From contig OZ024752.1 in the NCBI GenBank assembly GCA_964016885.1, forward strand, positions 8,990,001 through 9,054,000: a stretch of DNA of 64,000 nucleotides, written 5' to 3'. Origin of the DNA: Eledone cirrhosa (Eukaryota). Shown here piece after piece: positions 34,264 through 48,801 of the stretch. The notes below the pieces were generated by a model, which saw only the letters and a program-made list of their open reading frames with translations, made no database searches and was not told where the DNA came from. The translations under genes were made by a program, and so were the position numbers. Every line of letters starts with the position of its first letter. The stretch's first letter is position 1.

Positions 34264-37200
34264 ATGGGTTGATGAGGTACTTACAGACATTTGTGTGGGA
34301 TAGACCTGTGAAGGCTAGAGTGTACTTAATGAGTATATTTCTGTGGTGATTTATGCAGGGTAGTGGGTATCCTAGTTTAAAGCTATGTTGTGTTGGTTTG
34401 ATTCACGGAGGTTTGACTCTTATGAATTTAGTGGCAATTCTGTCTGCAGAAGATAGATCTTTCTAACTTATTGTAAAGTAGCCTTTTTACATTTTTGAGG
34501 ATATACATTAGTTCTAGATCACATAGCCCGCAGTGGGACATACCTGTACTATAGGTTTTAGCAGCCGACAACTTCGACCAGTTAATACTGTAGTTAGTGC
34601 TGCTGTCCTTCAGTTCCCATATTTTTTTGGCGAGGTTGTGGAACCCATAAGTGCATGGTTTTTCATTGAGTGCCTGTGCACATACCATCTTTTTTTAAAA
34701 GAACCCGCGGTGGATCCTATGTAATTCCAGGTGGAGTTATCCGAGTTGACCGTGCACATGTATACTAGGCTCGAATCGAGACATCTGTTCGCCAATGGGT
34801 ACCTATCTGGTAGGTGAGAGTTACAGTTTGAGGCGCTATTTTGTGCAGCTTCTACACTCCTGTTTAGTACTCTGTTATAAGTGGGTTGTGATATATGCTG
34901 ACCCACCTTAATAGCAGGTTTGTTGATTAACAACTGTGCGATATCCGTACAGTTCTTATAGATGGCCTCGTGGAGTGGAGTATCCCCTCATTTATTCCGA
35001 CAATTTATATCCTCTCTAGAAGACAGCAAGGATTTCACCTCTTCATAGTTTTTTTCTGAAAGTAGTAGAAATAAATACAAATACACATATATAGGAAATG
35101 AAGGCACATGGCTTAGTGGTTAGTGTGTTCTACTGAAGATCATGAGGTTGTGAGTTTGATTCCTGGGGATGTCTTGTCCTTGAGCAAGACACTTTATTAC
35201 ATGATGATCCACTCCACTCAGCTAGCAAAACTGAGTTGTACCAGTAATACAAAGGGTCAGCCTTGTTAATCTGCTTATCCTTGAGAACTACAATAAAGGT
35301 ACACATATGGGTTGATGAGGTACTTACAGACATTTGTGTGGGATAGACCTGTGAAGGCTAGAGTGTACTTAATGAGTATATTTCTGTGGTGATTTATGCA
35401 GGGTAGTGGGTATCCTAGTTTAAAGCTATGTTGTGTTGGTTTGATTCACGGAGGTTTGACTCTTATGAATTTAGTGGCAATTCTGTCTGCAGAAGATAGA
35501 TCTTTCTAACTTATTGTAAAGTAGCCTTTTTACATTTTTGAGGATATACATTAGTTCTAGATCACATAGCCCGCAGTGGGACATACCTGTACTATAGGTT
35601 TTAGCAGCCGACAACTTCGACCAGTTAATACTGTAGTTAGTGCTGCTGTCCTTCAGTTCCCATATTTTTTTGGCGAGGTTGTGGAACCCATAAGTGCACG
35701 GTTTTTCATTGAGTGCCTGTGCACATACCATCTTTTTTTAAAAGAACCCGCGGTGGATCCTATGTAATTCCAGGTGGAGTTATCCGAGTTGACCGTGCAC
35801 ATGTATACTAGGCTCGAATCGAGACATCTGTTCGCCAATGGGCACCTATCTGGTAGGTGAGAGTTACAGTTTGAGGCGCTATTTTGTGCAGCTTCTACGA
35901 TATCCGTACAGTTCTTATAGATGGCCTCGTGGAGTGGAGTATCCCCTCTTTTATTCCGACAATTTACATCCACTCTAGAAGACAGCAAGGATTTCATAGT
36001 TTTTTCTGAAAGTAGTAGAAATAAATACAAATACACATATATAGGAAATGAAGGCACATGGCTTAGTGGTTAGTGTGTTCTACTGAAGATCATGAGGTTG
36101 TGAGTTTGATTCCTGGGGATGTCTTGTCCTTGAGCAAGACACTTTATTACATGATGATCCACTCCACTCAGCTAGCAAAACTGAGTTGTACCAGTAATAC
36201 AAAGGGTCAGCCTTGTTAATCTGCTTATCCTTGAGAACTACAATAAAGGTACACATATGGGTTGATGAGGTACTTACAGACATTTGTGTGGTATAGACCT
36301 GTGAAGGCTAGAGTGTACTTAATGAGTATATTTCTGTGGTGATTTATGCAGGGTAGTGGGTATCCTAGTTTAAAGCTATGTTGTGTTGGTTTGATTCACG
36401 GAGGTTTGACTCTTATGAATTTAGTGGCAATTCTGTCTGCAGAAGATAGATCTTTCTAACTTATTGTAAAGTAGCCTTTTTACATTTTTGAGGATATACA
36501 TTAGTTCTAGATCACATAGCCCGCAGTGGGACATACCTGTACTATAGGTTTTAGCAGCTGACAACTTCGACCAGTTAATACTGTAGTTAGTGCTGCTGTC
36601 CTTCAGTTCCCATATTTTTTTGGCGAGGTTGTGGAACCCATAAGTGCACGGTTTTTCATTGAGTGCCTGTGCACATACCATCTTTTTTTAAAAGAACCCG
36701 CGGTGGATCCTATGTAATTCCAGGTGGAGTTATCCGAGTTGACCGTGCACATGTATACTAGGCTCGAATCGAGACATCTGTTCGCCAATGGGCACCTATC
36801 TGGTAGGTGGGAGTTACAGTTTGAGGCGCTATTTTGTGCAGCTTCTACACTCCTGTTTAGTACTCTGTTATAAGTGGGTTGTGATATATGCTGACCCACC
36901 TTAATAGCAGGTTTGTTGATTAACAACTGTGCGATATCCGTACAGTTCTTATAGATGGCCTCGTGGAGTGGAGTATCCCCTCATTTATTCCGACAATTTA
37001 TATCCTCTCTAGAAGACAGCAAGGATTTCACCTCTTCATAGTTTTTTTCTGAAAGTAGTAGAAATAAATACAAATACACATATATAGGAAATGAAGGCAC
37101 ATGGCTTAGTGGTTAGTGTGTTCTACTGAAGATCATGAGGTTGTGAGTTTGATTCCTGGGGATGTCTTGTCCTTGAGCAAGACACTTTATTACATGATGA

Positions 37201-40200
37201 TCCACTCCACTCAGCTAGCAAAACTGAGTTGTACCAGTAATACAAAGGGTCAGCCTTGTTAATCTGCTTATCCTTGAGAACTACAATAAAGGTACACATA
37301 TGGGTTGATGAGGTACTTACAGACATTTGTGTGGTATAGACCTGTGAAGGCTAGAGTGTACTTAATGAGTATATTTCTGTGGTGATTTATGCAGGGTAGT
37401 GGGTATCCTAGTTTAAAGCTATGTTGTGTTGGTTTGATTCACGGAGGTTTGACTCTTATGAATTTAGTGGCAATTCTGTCTGCAGAAGATAGATCTTTCT
37501 AACTTATTGTAAAGTAGCCTTTTTACATTTTTGAGGATATACATTAGTTCTAGATCACATAGCCCGCAGTGGGACATACCTGTACTATAGGTTTTAGCAG
37601 CCGACAACTTCGACCAGTTAATACTGTAGTTAGTGCTGCTGTCCTTCAGTTCCCATATTTTTTTGGCGAGGTTGTGGAACCCATAAGTGCACGGTTTTTC
37701 ATTGAGTGCCTGTGCACATACCATCTTTTTTTAAAAGAACCCGCGGTGGATCCTATGTAATTCCAGGTGGAGTTATCCGAGTTGACCGTGCACATGTATA
37801 CTAGGCTCGAATCGAGACATCTGTTCGCCAATGGGCACCTATCTGGTAGGTGAGAGTTACAGTTTGAGGCGCTATTTTGTGCAGCTTCTACACTCCTGTT
37901 TAGTACTCTGTTATAAGTGGGTTGTGATATATGCTGACCCACCTTAATAGCAGGTGTGTTGATTAACAACTGTGCGATATCCGTACAGTTCTTATAGATG
38001 GCCTCGTGGAGTGGAGTATCCCCTCTTTTATTCCGACAATTTATATCCTCTCTAGAAGACAGCAAGGATTTCACCTCTTCATAGTTTTTTCTGAAAGTAG
38101 TAGAAATAAATACAAATACACATATATAGGAAATGAAGGCACATGGCTTAGTGGTTAGTGTGTTCTACTGAAGATCATAAGGTTGTGAGTTTGATTCCTG
38201 GGTATGTCTTGTGTCCTTGAGCAAGACACTTTATTACATGATGATCCACTCCACTCAGCTAGCAAAACTGAGTTGTACCAGTAATACAAAGGGTCAGCCT
38301 TGTTAATCTGCTTATCCTTGAGAACTACAATAAAGGTACACATATGGGTTGATGAGGTACTTACAGACATTTGTGTGGGATAGACCTGTGAAGGCTAGAG
38401 TGTACTTAATGAGTATATTTCTGTGGTGATTTATGCAGGGTAGTGGGTATCCTAGTTTAAAGCTATGTTGTGTTGGTTTGATTCACGGAGGTTTGACTCT
38501 TATGAATTTAGTGGCAATTCTGTCTGCAGAAGATAGATCTTTCTAACTTATTGTTAAGTAGCCTTTTTACATTTTTGAGGATATACATTAGTTCTAGATC
38601 ACATAGCCCGCAGTGGGACATACCTGTACTATAGGTTTTAGCAGCCGACAACTTCGACCAGTTAATACTGTAGTTAGTGCTGTATTTTTTTGGCGAGGTT
38701 GTGGAACCCATAAGTGCACGGTTTTTCATTGAGTGCCTGTGCACATACCATCTTTTTTTAAAAGAACCCGCGGTGGATCCTATGTAATTCCAGGTGGAGT
38801 TATCCGAGTTGACCGTGCACATGTATACTAGGCTCGAATCGAGACATCTGTTCGCCAATGGGTACCTATCTGGTAGGTGAGAGTTACAGTTTGAGGCGCT
38901 ATTTTGTGCAGCTTCTACACTCCTGTTTAGTACTCTGTTATAAGTGGGTTGTGATATATGCTGACCCACCTTAATAGCAGGTGCGTTGATTAACAACTGT
39001 GCGATATCCGTACAGTTCTTATAGATGGCCTCGTGGAGTGGAGTATCCCCTCATTTATTCCGACAATTTATATCCTCTCTAGAAGACAGCAAGGATTTCA
39101 CCTCTTCATAGTTTTTTTCTGAAAGTAGTAGAAATAAATACAAATACACATATATAGGAAATGAAGGCACATGGCTTAGTGGTTAGTGTGTTCTACTGAA
39201 GATCATGAGGTTGTGAGTTTGATTCCTGGGGATGTCTTGTCCTTGAGCAAGACACTTTATTACATGATGATCCACTCCACTCAGCTAGCAAAACTGAGTT
39301 GTACCAGTAATACAAAGGGTCAGCCTTGTTAATCTGCTTATCCTTGAGAACTACAATAAAGGTACACATATGGGTTGATGAGGTACTTACAGACATTTGT
39401 GTGGGATAGACCTGTGAAGGCTAGAGTGTACTTAATGAGTATATTTCTGTGGTGATTTATGCAGGGTAGTGGGTATCCTAGTTTAAAGCTATGTTGTGTT
39501 GGTTTGATTCACGGAGGTTTGACTCTTATGAATTTAGTGGCAATTCTGTCTGCAGAAGATAGATCTTTCTAACTTATTGTAAAGTAGCCTTTTTACATTT
39601 TTGAGGATATACATTAGTTCTAGATCACATAGCCCGCAGTGGGACATACCTGTACTATAGGTTTTAGCAGCCGACAACTTCGACCAGTTAATACTGTAGT
39701 TAGTGCTGCTGTCCTTCAGTTCCCATATTTTTTTGGCGAGGTTGTGGAACCCATAAGTGCACGGTTTTTCATTGAGTGCCTGTGCACATACCATCTTTTT
39801 TTAAAAGAACCCGCGGTGGATCCTATGTAATTCCAGGTGGAGTTATCCGAGTTGACCGTGCACATGTATACTAGGCTCGAATCGAGACATCTGTTCGCCA
39901 ATGGGCACCTATCTGGTAGGTGAGAGTTACAGTTTGAGGCGCTATTTTGTGCAGCTTCTACGATATCCGTACAGTTCTTATAGATGGCCTCGTGGAGTGG
40001 AGTATCCCCTCTTTTATTCCGACAATTTACATCCACTCTAGAAGACAGCAAGGATTTCATAGTTTTTTCTGAAAGTAGTAGAAATAAATACAAATACACA
40101 TATATAGGAAATGAAGGCACATGGCTTAGTGGTTAGTGTGTTCTACTGAAGATCATGAGGTTGTGAGTTTGATTCCTGGGGATGTCTTGTCCTTGAGCAA

Positions 40201-43200
40201 GACACTTTATTACATGATGATCCACTCCACTCAGCTAGCAAAACTGAGTTGTACCAGTAATACAAAGGGTCAGCCTTGTTAATCTGCTTATCCTTGAGAA
40301 CTACAATAAAGGTACACATATGGGTTGATGAGGTACTTACAGACATTTGTGTGGTATAGACCTGTGAAGGCTAGAGTGTACTTAATGAGTATATTTCTGT
40401 GGTGATTTATGCAGGGTAGTGGGTATCCTAGTTTAAAGCTATGTTGTGTTGGTTTGATTCACGGAGGTTTGACTCTTATGAATTTAGTGGCAATTCTGTC
40501 TGCAGAAGATAGATCTTTCTAACTTATTGTAAAGTAGCCTTTTTACATTTTTGAGGATATACATTAGTTCTAGATCACATAGCCCGCAGTGGGACATACC
40601 TGTACTATAGGTTTTAGCAGCTGACAACTTCGACCAGTTAATACTGTAGTTAGTGCTGCTGTCCTTCAGTTCCCATATTTTTTTGGCGAGGTTGTGGAAC
40701 CCATAAGTGCACGGTTTTTCATTGAGTGCCTGTGCACATACCATCTTTTTTTAAAAGAACCCGCGGTGGATCCTATGTAATTCCAGGTGGAGTTATCCGA
40801 GTTGACCGTGCACATGTATACTAGGCTCGAATCGAGACATCTGTTCGCCAATGGGCACCTATCTGGTAGGTGGGAGTTACAGTTTGAGGCGCTATTTTGT
40901 GCAGCTTCTACACTCCTGTTTAGTACTCTGTTATAAGTGGGTTGTGATATATGCTGACCCACCTTAATAGCAGGTTTGTTGATTAACAACTGTGCGATAT
41001 CCGTACAGTTCTTATAGATGGCCTCGTGGAGTGGAGTATCCCCTCATTTATTCCGACAATTTATATCCTCTCTAGAAGACAGCAAGGATTTCACCTCTTC
41101 ATAGTTTTTTTCTGAAAGTAGTAGAAATAAATACAAATACACATATATAGGAAATGAAGGCACATGGCTTAGTGGTTAGTGTGTTCTACTGAAGATCATG
41201 AGGTTGTGAGTTTGATTCCTGGGGATGTCTTGTCCTTGAGCAAGACACTTTATTACATGATGATCCACTCCACTCAGCTAGCAAAACTGAGTTGTACCAG
41301 TAATACAAAGGGTCAGCCTTGTTAATCTGCTTATCCTTGAGAACTACAATAAAGGTACACATATGGGTTGATGAGGTACTTACAGACATTTGTGTGGTAT
41401 AGACCTGTGAAGGCTAGAGTGTACTTAATGAGTATATTTCTGTGGTGATTTATGCAGGGTAGTGGGTATCCTAGTTTAAAGCTATGTTGTGTTGGTTTGA
41501 TTCACGGAGGTTTGACTCTTATGAATTTAGTGGCAATTCTGTCTGCAGAAGATAGATCTTTCTAACTTATTGTAAAGTAGCCTTTTTACATTTTTGAGGA
41601 TATACATTAGTTCTAGATCACATAGCCCGCAGTGGGACATACCTGTACTATAGGTTTTAGCAGCCGACAACTTCGACCAGTTAATACTGTAGTTAGTGCT
41701 GCTGTCCTTCAGTTCCCATATTTTTTTGGCGAGGTTGTGGAACCCATAAGTGCACGGTTTTTCATTGAGTGCCTGTGCACATACCATCTTTTTTTAAAAG
41801 AACCCGCGGTGGATCCTATGTAATTCCAGGTGGAGTTATCCGAGTTGACCGTGCACATGTATACTAGGCTCGAATCGAGACATCTGTTCACCAATGGGCA
41901 CCTATCTGGTAGGTGAGAGTTACAGTTTGAGGCGCTATTTTGTGCAGCTTCTACACTCCTGTTTAGTACTCTGTTATAAGTGGGTTGTGATATATGCTGA
42001 CCCACCTTAATAGCAGGTGCGTTGATTAACAACTGTGCGATATCCGTACAGTTCTTATAGATGGCCTCGTGGAGTGGAGTATCCCCTCATTTATTCCGAC
42101 AATTTACATCCACTCTAGAAGACAGCAAGGATTTCACCTCTTCATAGTTTTTTCTGAAAGTAGTAGAAATAAATACAAATACACATATATAGGAAATGAA
42201 GGCACATGGCTTAGTGGTTAGTGTGTTCTACTGAAGATCATGAGGTTGTGAGTTTGATTCCTGGGGATGTCTTGTCCTTGAGCAAGACACTTTATTACAT
42301 GATGATCCACTCCACTCAGCTAGCAAAACTGAGTTGTACCAGTAATACAAAGGGTCAGCCTTGTTAATCTGCTTATCCTTGAGAACTACAATAAAGGTAC
42401 ACATATGGGTTGATGAGGTACTTACAGACATTTGTGTGGTATAGACCTGTGAAGGCTAGAGTGTACTTAATGAGTATATTTCTGTGGTGATTTATGCAGG
42501 GTAGTGGGTATCCTAGTTTAAAGCTATGTTGTGTTGGTTTGATTCACGGAGGTTTGACTCTTATGAATTTAGTGGCAATTCTGTCTGCAGAAGATAGATC
42601 TTTCTAACTTATTGTTAAGTAGCCTTTTTACATTTTTGAGGATATACATTAGTTCTAGATCACATAGCCCGCAGTGGGACATACCTGTACTATAGGTTTT
42701 AGCAGCCGACAACTTCGACCAGTTAATACTGTAGTTAGTGCTGCTGTCCTTCAGTTCCCATATTTTTTTGGCGAGGTTGTGGAACCCATAAGTGCATGGT
42801 TTTTCATTGAGTGCCTGTGCACATACCATCTTTTTTTAAAAGAACCCGCGGTGGATCCTATGTAATTCCAGGTGGAGTTATCCGAGTTGACCGTGCACAT
42901 GTATACTAGGCTCGAATCGAGACATCTGTTCGCCAATGGGCACCTATCTGGTAGGTGAGAGTTACAGTTTGAGGCGCTATTTTGTGCAGCTTCTACACTC
43001 CTGTTTAGTACTCTGTTATAAGTGGGTTGTGATATATGCTGACCCACCTTAATAGCAGGTTTGTTGATTAACAACTGTGCGATATCCGTACAGTTCTTAT
43101 AGATGGCCTCGTGGAGTGGAGTATCCCCTCATTTATTCCGACAATTTATATCCTCTCTAGAAGACAGCAAGGATTTCACCTCTTCATAGTTTTTTTCTGA

Positions 43201-44654
43201 AAGTAGTAGAAATAAATACAAATACACATATATAGGAAATGAAGGCACATGGCTTAGTGGTTAGTGTGTTCTACTGAAGATCATGAGGTTGTGAGTTTGA
43301 TTCCTGGGGATGTCTTGTCCTTGAGCAAGACACTTTATTACATGATGATCCACTCCACTCAGCTAGCAAAACTGAGTTGTACCAGTAATACAAAGGGTCA
43401 GCCTTGTTAATCTGCTTATCCTTGAGAACTACAATAAAGGTACACATATGGGTTGATGAGGTACTTACAGACATTTGTGTGGTATAGACCTGTGAAGGCT
43501 AGAGTGTACTTAATGAGTATATTTCTGTGGTGATTTATGCAGGGTAGTGGGTATCCTAGTTTAAAGCTATGTTGTGTTGGTTTGATTCACGGAGGTTTGA
43601 CTCTTATGAATTTAGTGGCAATTCTGTCTGCAGAAGATAGATCTTTCTAACTTATTGTAAAGTAGCCTTTTTACATTTTTGAGGATATACATTAGTTCTA
43701 GATCACATAGCCCGCAGTGGGACATACCTGTACTATAGGTTTTAGCAGCCGACAACTTCGACCAGTTAATACTGTAGTTAGTGCTGCTGTCCTTCAGTTC
43801 CCATATTTTTTTGGCGAGGTTGTGGAACCCATAAGTGCACGGTTTTTCATTGAGTGCCTGTGCACATACCATCTTTTTTTAAAAGAACCCGCGGTGGATC
43901 CTATGTAATTCCAGGTGGAGTTATCCGAGTTGACCGTGCACATGTATACTAGGCTCGAATCGAGACATCTGTTCGCCAATGGGCACCTATCTGGTAGGTG
44001 GGAGTTACAGTTTGAGGCGCTATTTTGTGCAGCTTCTACACTCCTGTTTAGTACTCTGTTATAAGTGGGTTGTGATATATGCTGACCCACCTTAATAGCA
44101 GGTTTGTTGATTAACAACTGTGCGATATCCGTACAGTTCTTATAGATGGCCTCGTGGAGTGGAGTATCCCCTCATTTATTCCGACAATTTATATCCTCTC
44201 TAGAAGACAGCAAGGATTTCACCTCTTCATAGTTTTTTTCTGAAAGTAGTAGAAATAAATACAAATACACATATATAGGAAATGAAGGCACATGGCTTAG
44301 TGGTTAGTGTGTTCTACTGAAGATCATGAGGTTGTGAGTTTGATTCCTGGGGATGTCTTGTCCTTGAGCAAGACACTTTATTACATGATGATCCACTCCA
44401 CTCAGCTAGCAAAACTGAGTTGTACCAGTAATACAAAGGGTCAGCCTTGTTAATCTGCTTATCCTTGAGAACTACAATAAAGGTACACATATGGGTTGAT
44501 GAGGTACTTACAGACATTTGTGTGGGATAGACCTGTGAAGGCTAGAGTGTACTTAATGAGTATATTTCTGTGGTGATTTATGCAGGGTAGTGGGTATCCT
44601 AGTTTAAAGCTATGTTGTGTTGGTTTGATTCACGGAGGTTTGACTCTTATGAAT

Positions 44655-45317
44655 TTAGTGGCAATTCTGTCTGCAGAAGATAGATCTTTCTAACTTATTG
44701 TTAAGTAGCCTTTTTACATTTTTGAGGATATACATTAGTTCTAGATCACATAGCCCGCAGTGGGACATACCTGTACTATAGGTTTTAGCAGCCGACAACT
44801 TCGACCAGTTAATACTGTAGTTAGTGCTGTATTTTTTTGGCGAGGTTGTGGAACCCATAAGTGCACGGTTTTTCATTGAGTGCCTGTGCACATACCATCT
44901 TTTTTTAAAAGAACCCGCGGTGGATCCTATGTAATTCCAGGTGGAGTTATCCGAGTTGACCGTGCACATGTATACTAGGCTCGAATCGAGACATCTGTTC
45001 GCCAATGGGTACCTATCTGGTAGGTGAGAGTTACAGTTTGAGGCGCTATTTTGTGCAGCTTCTACACTCCTGTTTAGTACTCTGTTATAAGTGGGTTGTG
45101 ATATATGCTGACCCACCTTAATAGCAGGTGCGTTGATTAACAACTGTGCGATATCCGTACAGTTCTTATAGATGGCCTCGTGGAGTGGAGTATCCCCTCT
45201 TTTATTCCGACAATTTACATCCACTCTAGAAGACAGCAAGGATTTCACCTCTTCATAGTTTTTTTCTGAAAGTAGTAGAAATAAATACAAATACACATAT
45301 ATAGGAAATGAAGGCAC
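44655..45317 (-). CDS. Chimeric ankyrin repeat-GIY-YIG ORF (220 aa); expression unknown
   Basis: DVNCRNKRGDTPLHEAI..IAQLLIN fused in frame to PLANRCL..LVYMCTV..YIGST..FKKRWY.H..CGLCDLE; the ATG lies in SINE/intron-derived sequence. Confidence 0.5.
   Translation of the reverse strand: MPSFPIYVYLYLFLLLSEKNYEEVKSLLSSRVDVNCRNKRGDTPLHEAIYKNCTDIAQLLINAPAIKVGQHISQPTYNRVLNRSVEAAQNSASNCNSHLPDRYPLANRCLDSSLVYMCTVNSDNSTWNYIGSTAGSFKKRWYVHRHSMKNRALMGSTTSPKKYSTNYSINWSKLSAAKTYSTGMSHCGLCDLELMYILKNVKRLLNNKLERSIFCRQNCH
45117..45265 (-). other. Captured 149-nt host ankyrin-repeat exon (representative copy)
   Basis: Preceded by TTTCTACTACTTTCAG acceptor, followed by AAG/GTGGGT donor; encodes one ANK repeat. Confidence 0.75.
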
Positions 45318-48300
45318 ATGGCTTAGTGGTTAGTGTGTTCTACTGAAGATCATGAGGTTGTGAGTTTGATTCCTGGGGATGTCTTGTTCTTGAGCAAGAC
45401 ACTTTATTACATGATGATCCACTCCACTCAGCTAGCAAAACTGAGTTGTACCAGTAATATCAGCCTTGTTAATCTGCTTATCCTTGAGAACTACAATAAA
45501 GGTACACATATGGGTTGATGAGGTACTTACAGACACTTGTGTGGTATAGACCTGTGAAGGCTAGAGTGTACTTAATGAGTATATTTCTGTGGTGATTTAT
45601 GCAGGGTAGTGGGTATCCTAGTTTAAAGCTATGTTGTGTTGGTTTGATTCACGGAGGTTTGACTCTTATGAATTTAGTGGCAATTCTGTCTGCAGAAGAT
45701 AGATCTTTCTAACTTATTGTTAAGTAGCCTTTTTACATTTTTGAGGATATACATTAGTTCTAGATCACATAGCCCGCAGTGGGACATACCTGTACTATAG
45801 GTTTTAGCAGCCGACAACTTCGACCAGTTAATACTGTAGTTAGTGCTGCTGTCCTTCAGTTCCCATATTTTTTTGGCGAGGTTGTGGAACCCATAAGTGC
45901 ACGGTTTTTCATTGAGTGCCTGTGCACATACCATCTTTTTTTAAAAGAACCCGCGGTGGATCCTATGTAATTCCAGGTGGAGTTATCCGAGTTGACCGTG
46001 CACATGTATACTAGGCTCGAATCGAGACATCTGTTCACCAATGGGCACCTATCTGGTAGGTGAGAGTTACAGTTTGAGGCGCTATTTTGTGCAGCTTCTA
46101 CACTCCTGTTTAGTACTCTGTTATAAGTGGGTTGTGATATATGCTGACCCACCTTAATAGCAGGTGCGTTGATTAACAACTGTGCGATATCCGTACAGTT
46201 CTTATAGATGGCCTCGTGGAGTGGAGTATCCCCTCATTTATTCCGACAATTTACATCCACTCTAGAAGACAGCAAGGATTTCACCTCTTCATAGTTTTTT
46301 CTGAAAGTAGTAGAAATAAATACAAATACACATATATAGGAAATGAAGGCACATGGCTTAGTGGTTAGTGTGTTCTACTGAAGATCATGAGGTTGTGAGT
46401 TTGATTCCTGGGGATGTCTTGTCCTTGAGCAAGACACTTTATTACATGATGATCCACTCCACTCAGCTAGCAAAACTGAGTTGTACCAGTAATACAAAGG
46501 GTCAGCCTTGTTAATCTGCTTATCCTTGAGAACTACAATAAAGGTACACATATGGGTTGATGAGGTACTTACAGACATTTGTGTGGTATAGACCTGTGAA
46601 GGCTAGAGTGTACTTAATGAGTATATTTCTGTGGTGATTTATGCAGGGTAGTGGGTATCCTAGTTTAAAGCTATGTTGTGTTGGTTTGATTCACGGAGGT
46701 TTGACTCTTATGAATTTAGTGGCAATTCTGTCTGCAGAAGATAGATCTTTCTAACTTATTGTAAAGTAGCCTTTTTACATTTTTGAGGATATACATTAGT
46801 TCTAGATCACATAGCCCGCAGTGGGACATACCTGTACTATAGGTTTTAGCAGCCGACAACTTCGACCAGTTAATACTGTAGTTAGTGCTGCTGTCCTTCA
46901 GTTCCCATATTTTTTTGGCGAGGTTGTGGAACCCATAAGTGCATGGTTTTTCATTGAGTGCCTGTGCACATACCATCTTTTTTTAAAAGAACCCGCGGTG
47001 GATCCTATGTAATTCCAGGTGGAGTTATCCGAGTTGACCGTGCACATGTATACTAGGCTCGAATCGAGACATCTGTTCGCCAATGGGCACCTATCTGGTA
47101 GGTGAGAGTTACAGTTTGAGGCGCTATTTTGTGCAGCTTCTACACTCCTGTTTAGTACTCTGTTATAAGTGGGTTGTGATATATGCTGACCCACCTTAAT
47201 AGCAGGTTTGTTGATTAACAACTGTGCGATATCCGTACAGTTCTTATAGATGGCCTCGTGGAGTGGAGTATCCCCTCATTTATTCCGACAATTTATATCC
47301 TCTCTAGAAGACAGCAAGGATTTCACCTCTTCATAGTTTTTTTCTGAAAGTAGTAGAAATAAATACAAATACACATATATAGGAAATGAAGGCACATGGC
47401 TTAGTGGTTAGTGTGTTCTACTGAAGATCATGAGGTTGTGAGTTTGATTCCTGGGGATGTCTTGTCCTTGAGCAAGACACTTTATTACATGATGATCCAC
47501 TCCACTCAGCTAGCAAAACTGAGTTGTACCAGTAATACAAAGGGTCAGCCTTGTTAATCTGCTTATCCTTGAGAACTACAATAAAGGTACACATATGGGT
47601 TGATGAGGTACTTACAGACATTTGTGTGGTATAGACCTGTGAAGGCTAGAGTGTACTTAATGAGTATATTTCTGTGGTGATTTATGCAGGGTAGTGGGTA
47701 TCCTAGTTTAAAGCTATGTTGTGTTGGTTTGATTCACGGAGGTTTGACTCTTATGAATTTAGTGGCAATTCTGTCTGCAGAAGATAGATCTTTCTAACTT
47801 ATTGTAAAGTAGCCTTTTTACATTTTTGAGGATATACATTAGTTCTAGATCACATAGCCCGCAGTGGGACATACCTGTACTATAGGTTTTAGCAGCCGAC
47901 AACTTCGACCAGTTAATACTGTAGTTAGTGCTGCTGTCCTTCAGTTCCCATATTTTTTTGGCGAGGTTGTGGAACCCATAAGTGCACGGTTTTTCATTGA
48001 GTGCCTGTGCACATACCATCTTTTTTTAAAAGAACCCGCGGTGGATCCTATGTAATTCCAGGTGGAGTTATCCGAGTTGACCGTGCACATGTATACTAGG
48101 CTCGAATCGAGACATCTGTTCGCCAATGGGCACCTATCTGGTAGGTGGGAGTTACAGTTTGAGGCGCTATTTTGTGCAGCTTCTACACTCCTGTTTAGTA
48201 CTCTGTTATAAGTGGGTTGTGATATATGCTGACCCACCTTAATAGCAGGTTTGTTGATTAACAACTGTGCGATATCCGTACAGTTCTTATAGATGGCCTC

Positions 48301-48801
48301 GTGGAGTGGAGTATCCCCTCATTTATTCCGACAATTTATATCCTCTCTAGAAGACAGCAAGGATTTCACCTCTTCATAGTTTTTTTCTGAAAGTAGTAGA
48401 AATAAATACAAATACACATATATAGGAAATGAAGGCACATGGCTTAGTGGTTAGTGTGTTCTACTGAAGATCATGAGGTTGTGAGTTTGATTCCTGGGGA
48501 TGTCTTGTCCTTGAGCAAGACACTTTATTACATGATGATCCACTCCACTCAGCTAGCAAAACTGAGTTGTACCAGTAATACAAAGGGTCAGCCTTGTTAA
48601 TCTGCTTATCCTTGAGAACTACAATAAAGGTACACATATGGGTTGATGAGGTACTTACAGACATTTGTGTGGGATAGACCTGTGAAGGCTAGAGTGTACT
48701 TAATGAGTATATTTCTGTGGTGATTTATGCAGGGTAGTGGGTATCCTAGTTTAAAGCTATGTTGTGTTGGTTTGATTCACGGAGGTTTGACTCTTATGAA
48801 T

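Noticed and set aside
34087-34290. Recurrent 67-aa ORF MSVSTSSTHM... and 63-aa + strand ORF MGHTCTIG...
   Set aside because: These are antisense readings of the SINE and of the GIY-YIG region; recurrence only reflects the array
34981-34995. In-frame TGA in the ANK exon as selenocysteine (Naiad-like recoding)
   Set aside because: It alternates with AGA (Arg), not Cys, among units, and no SECIS was recognised; treated as a nonsense variant
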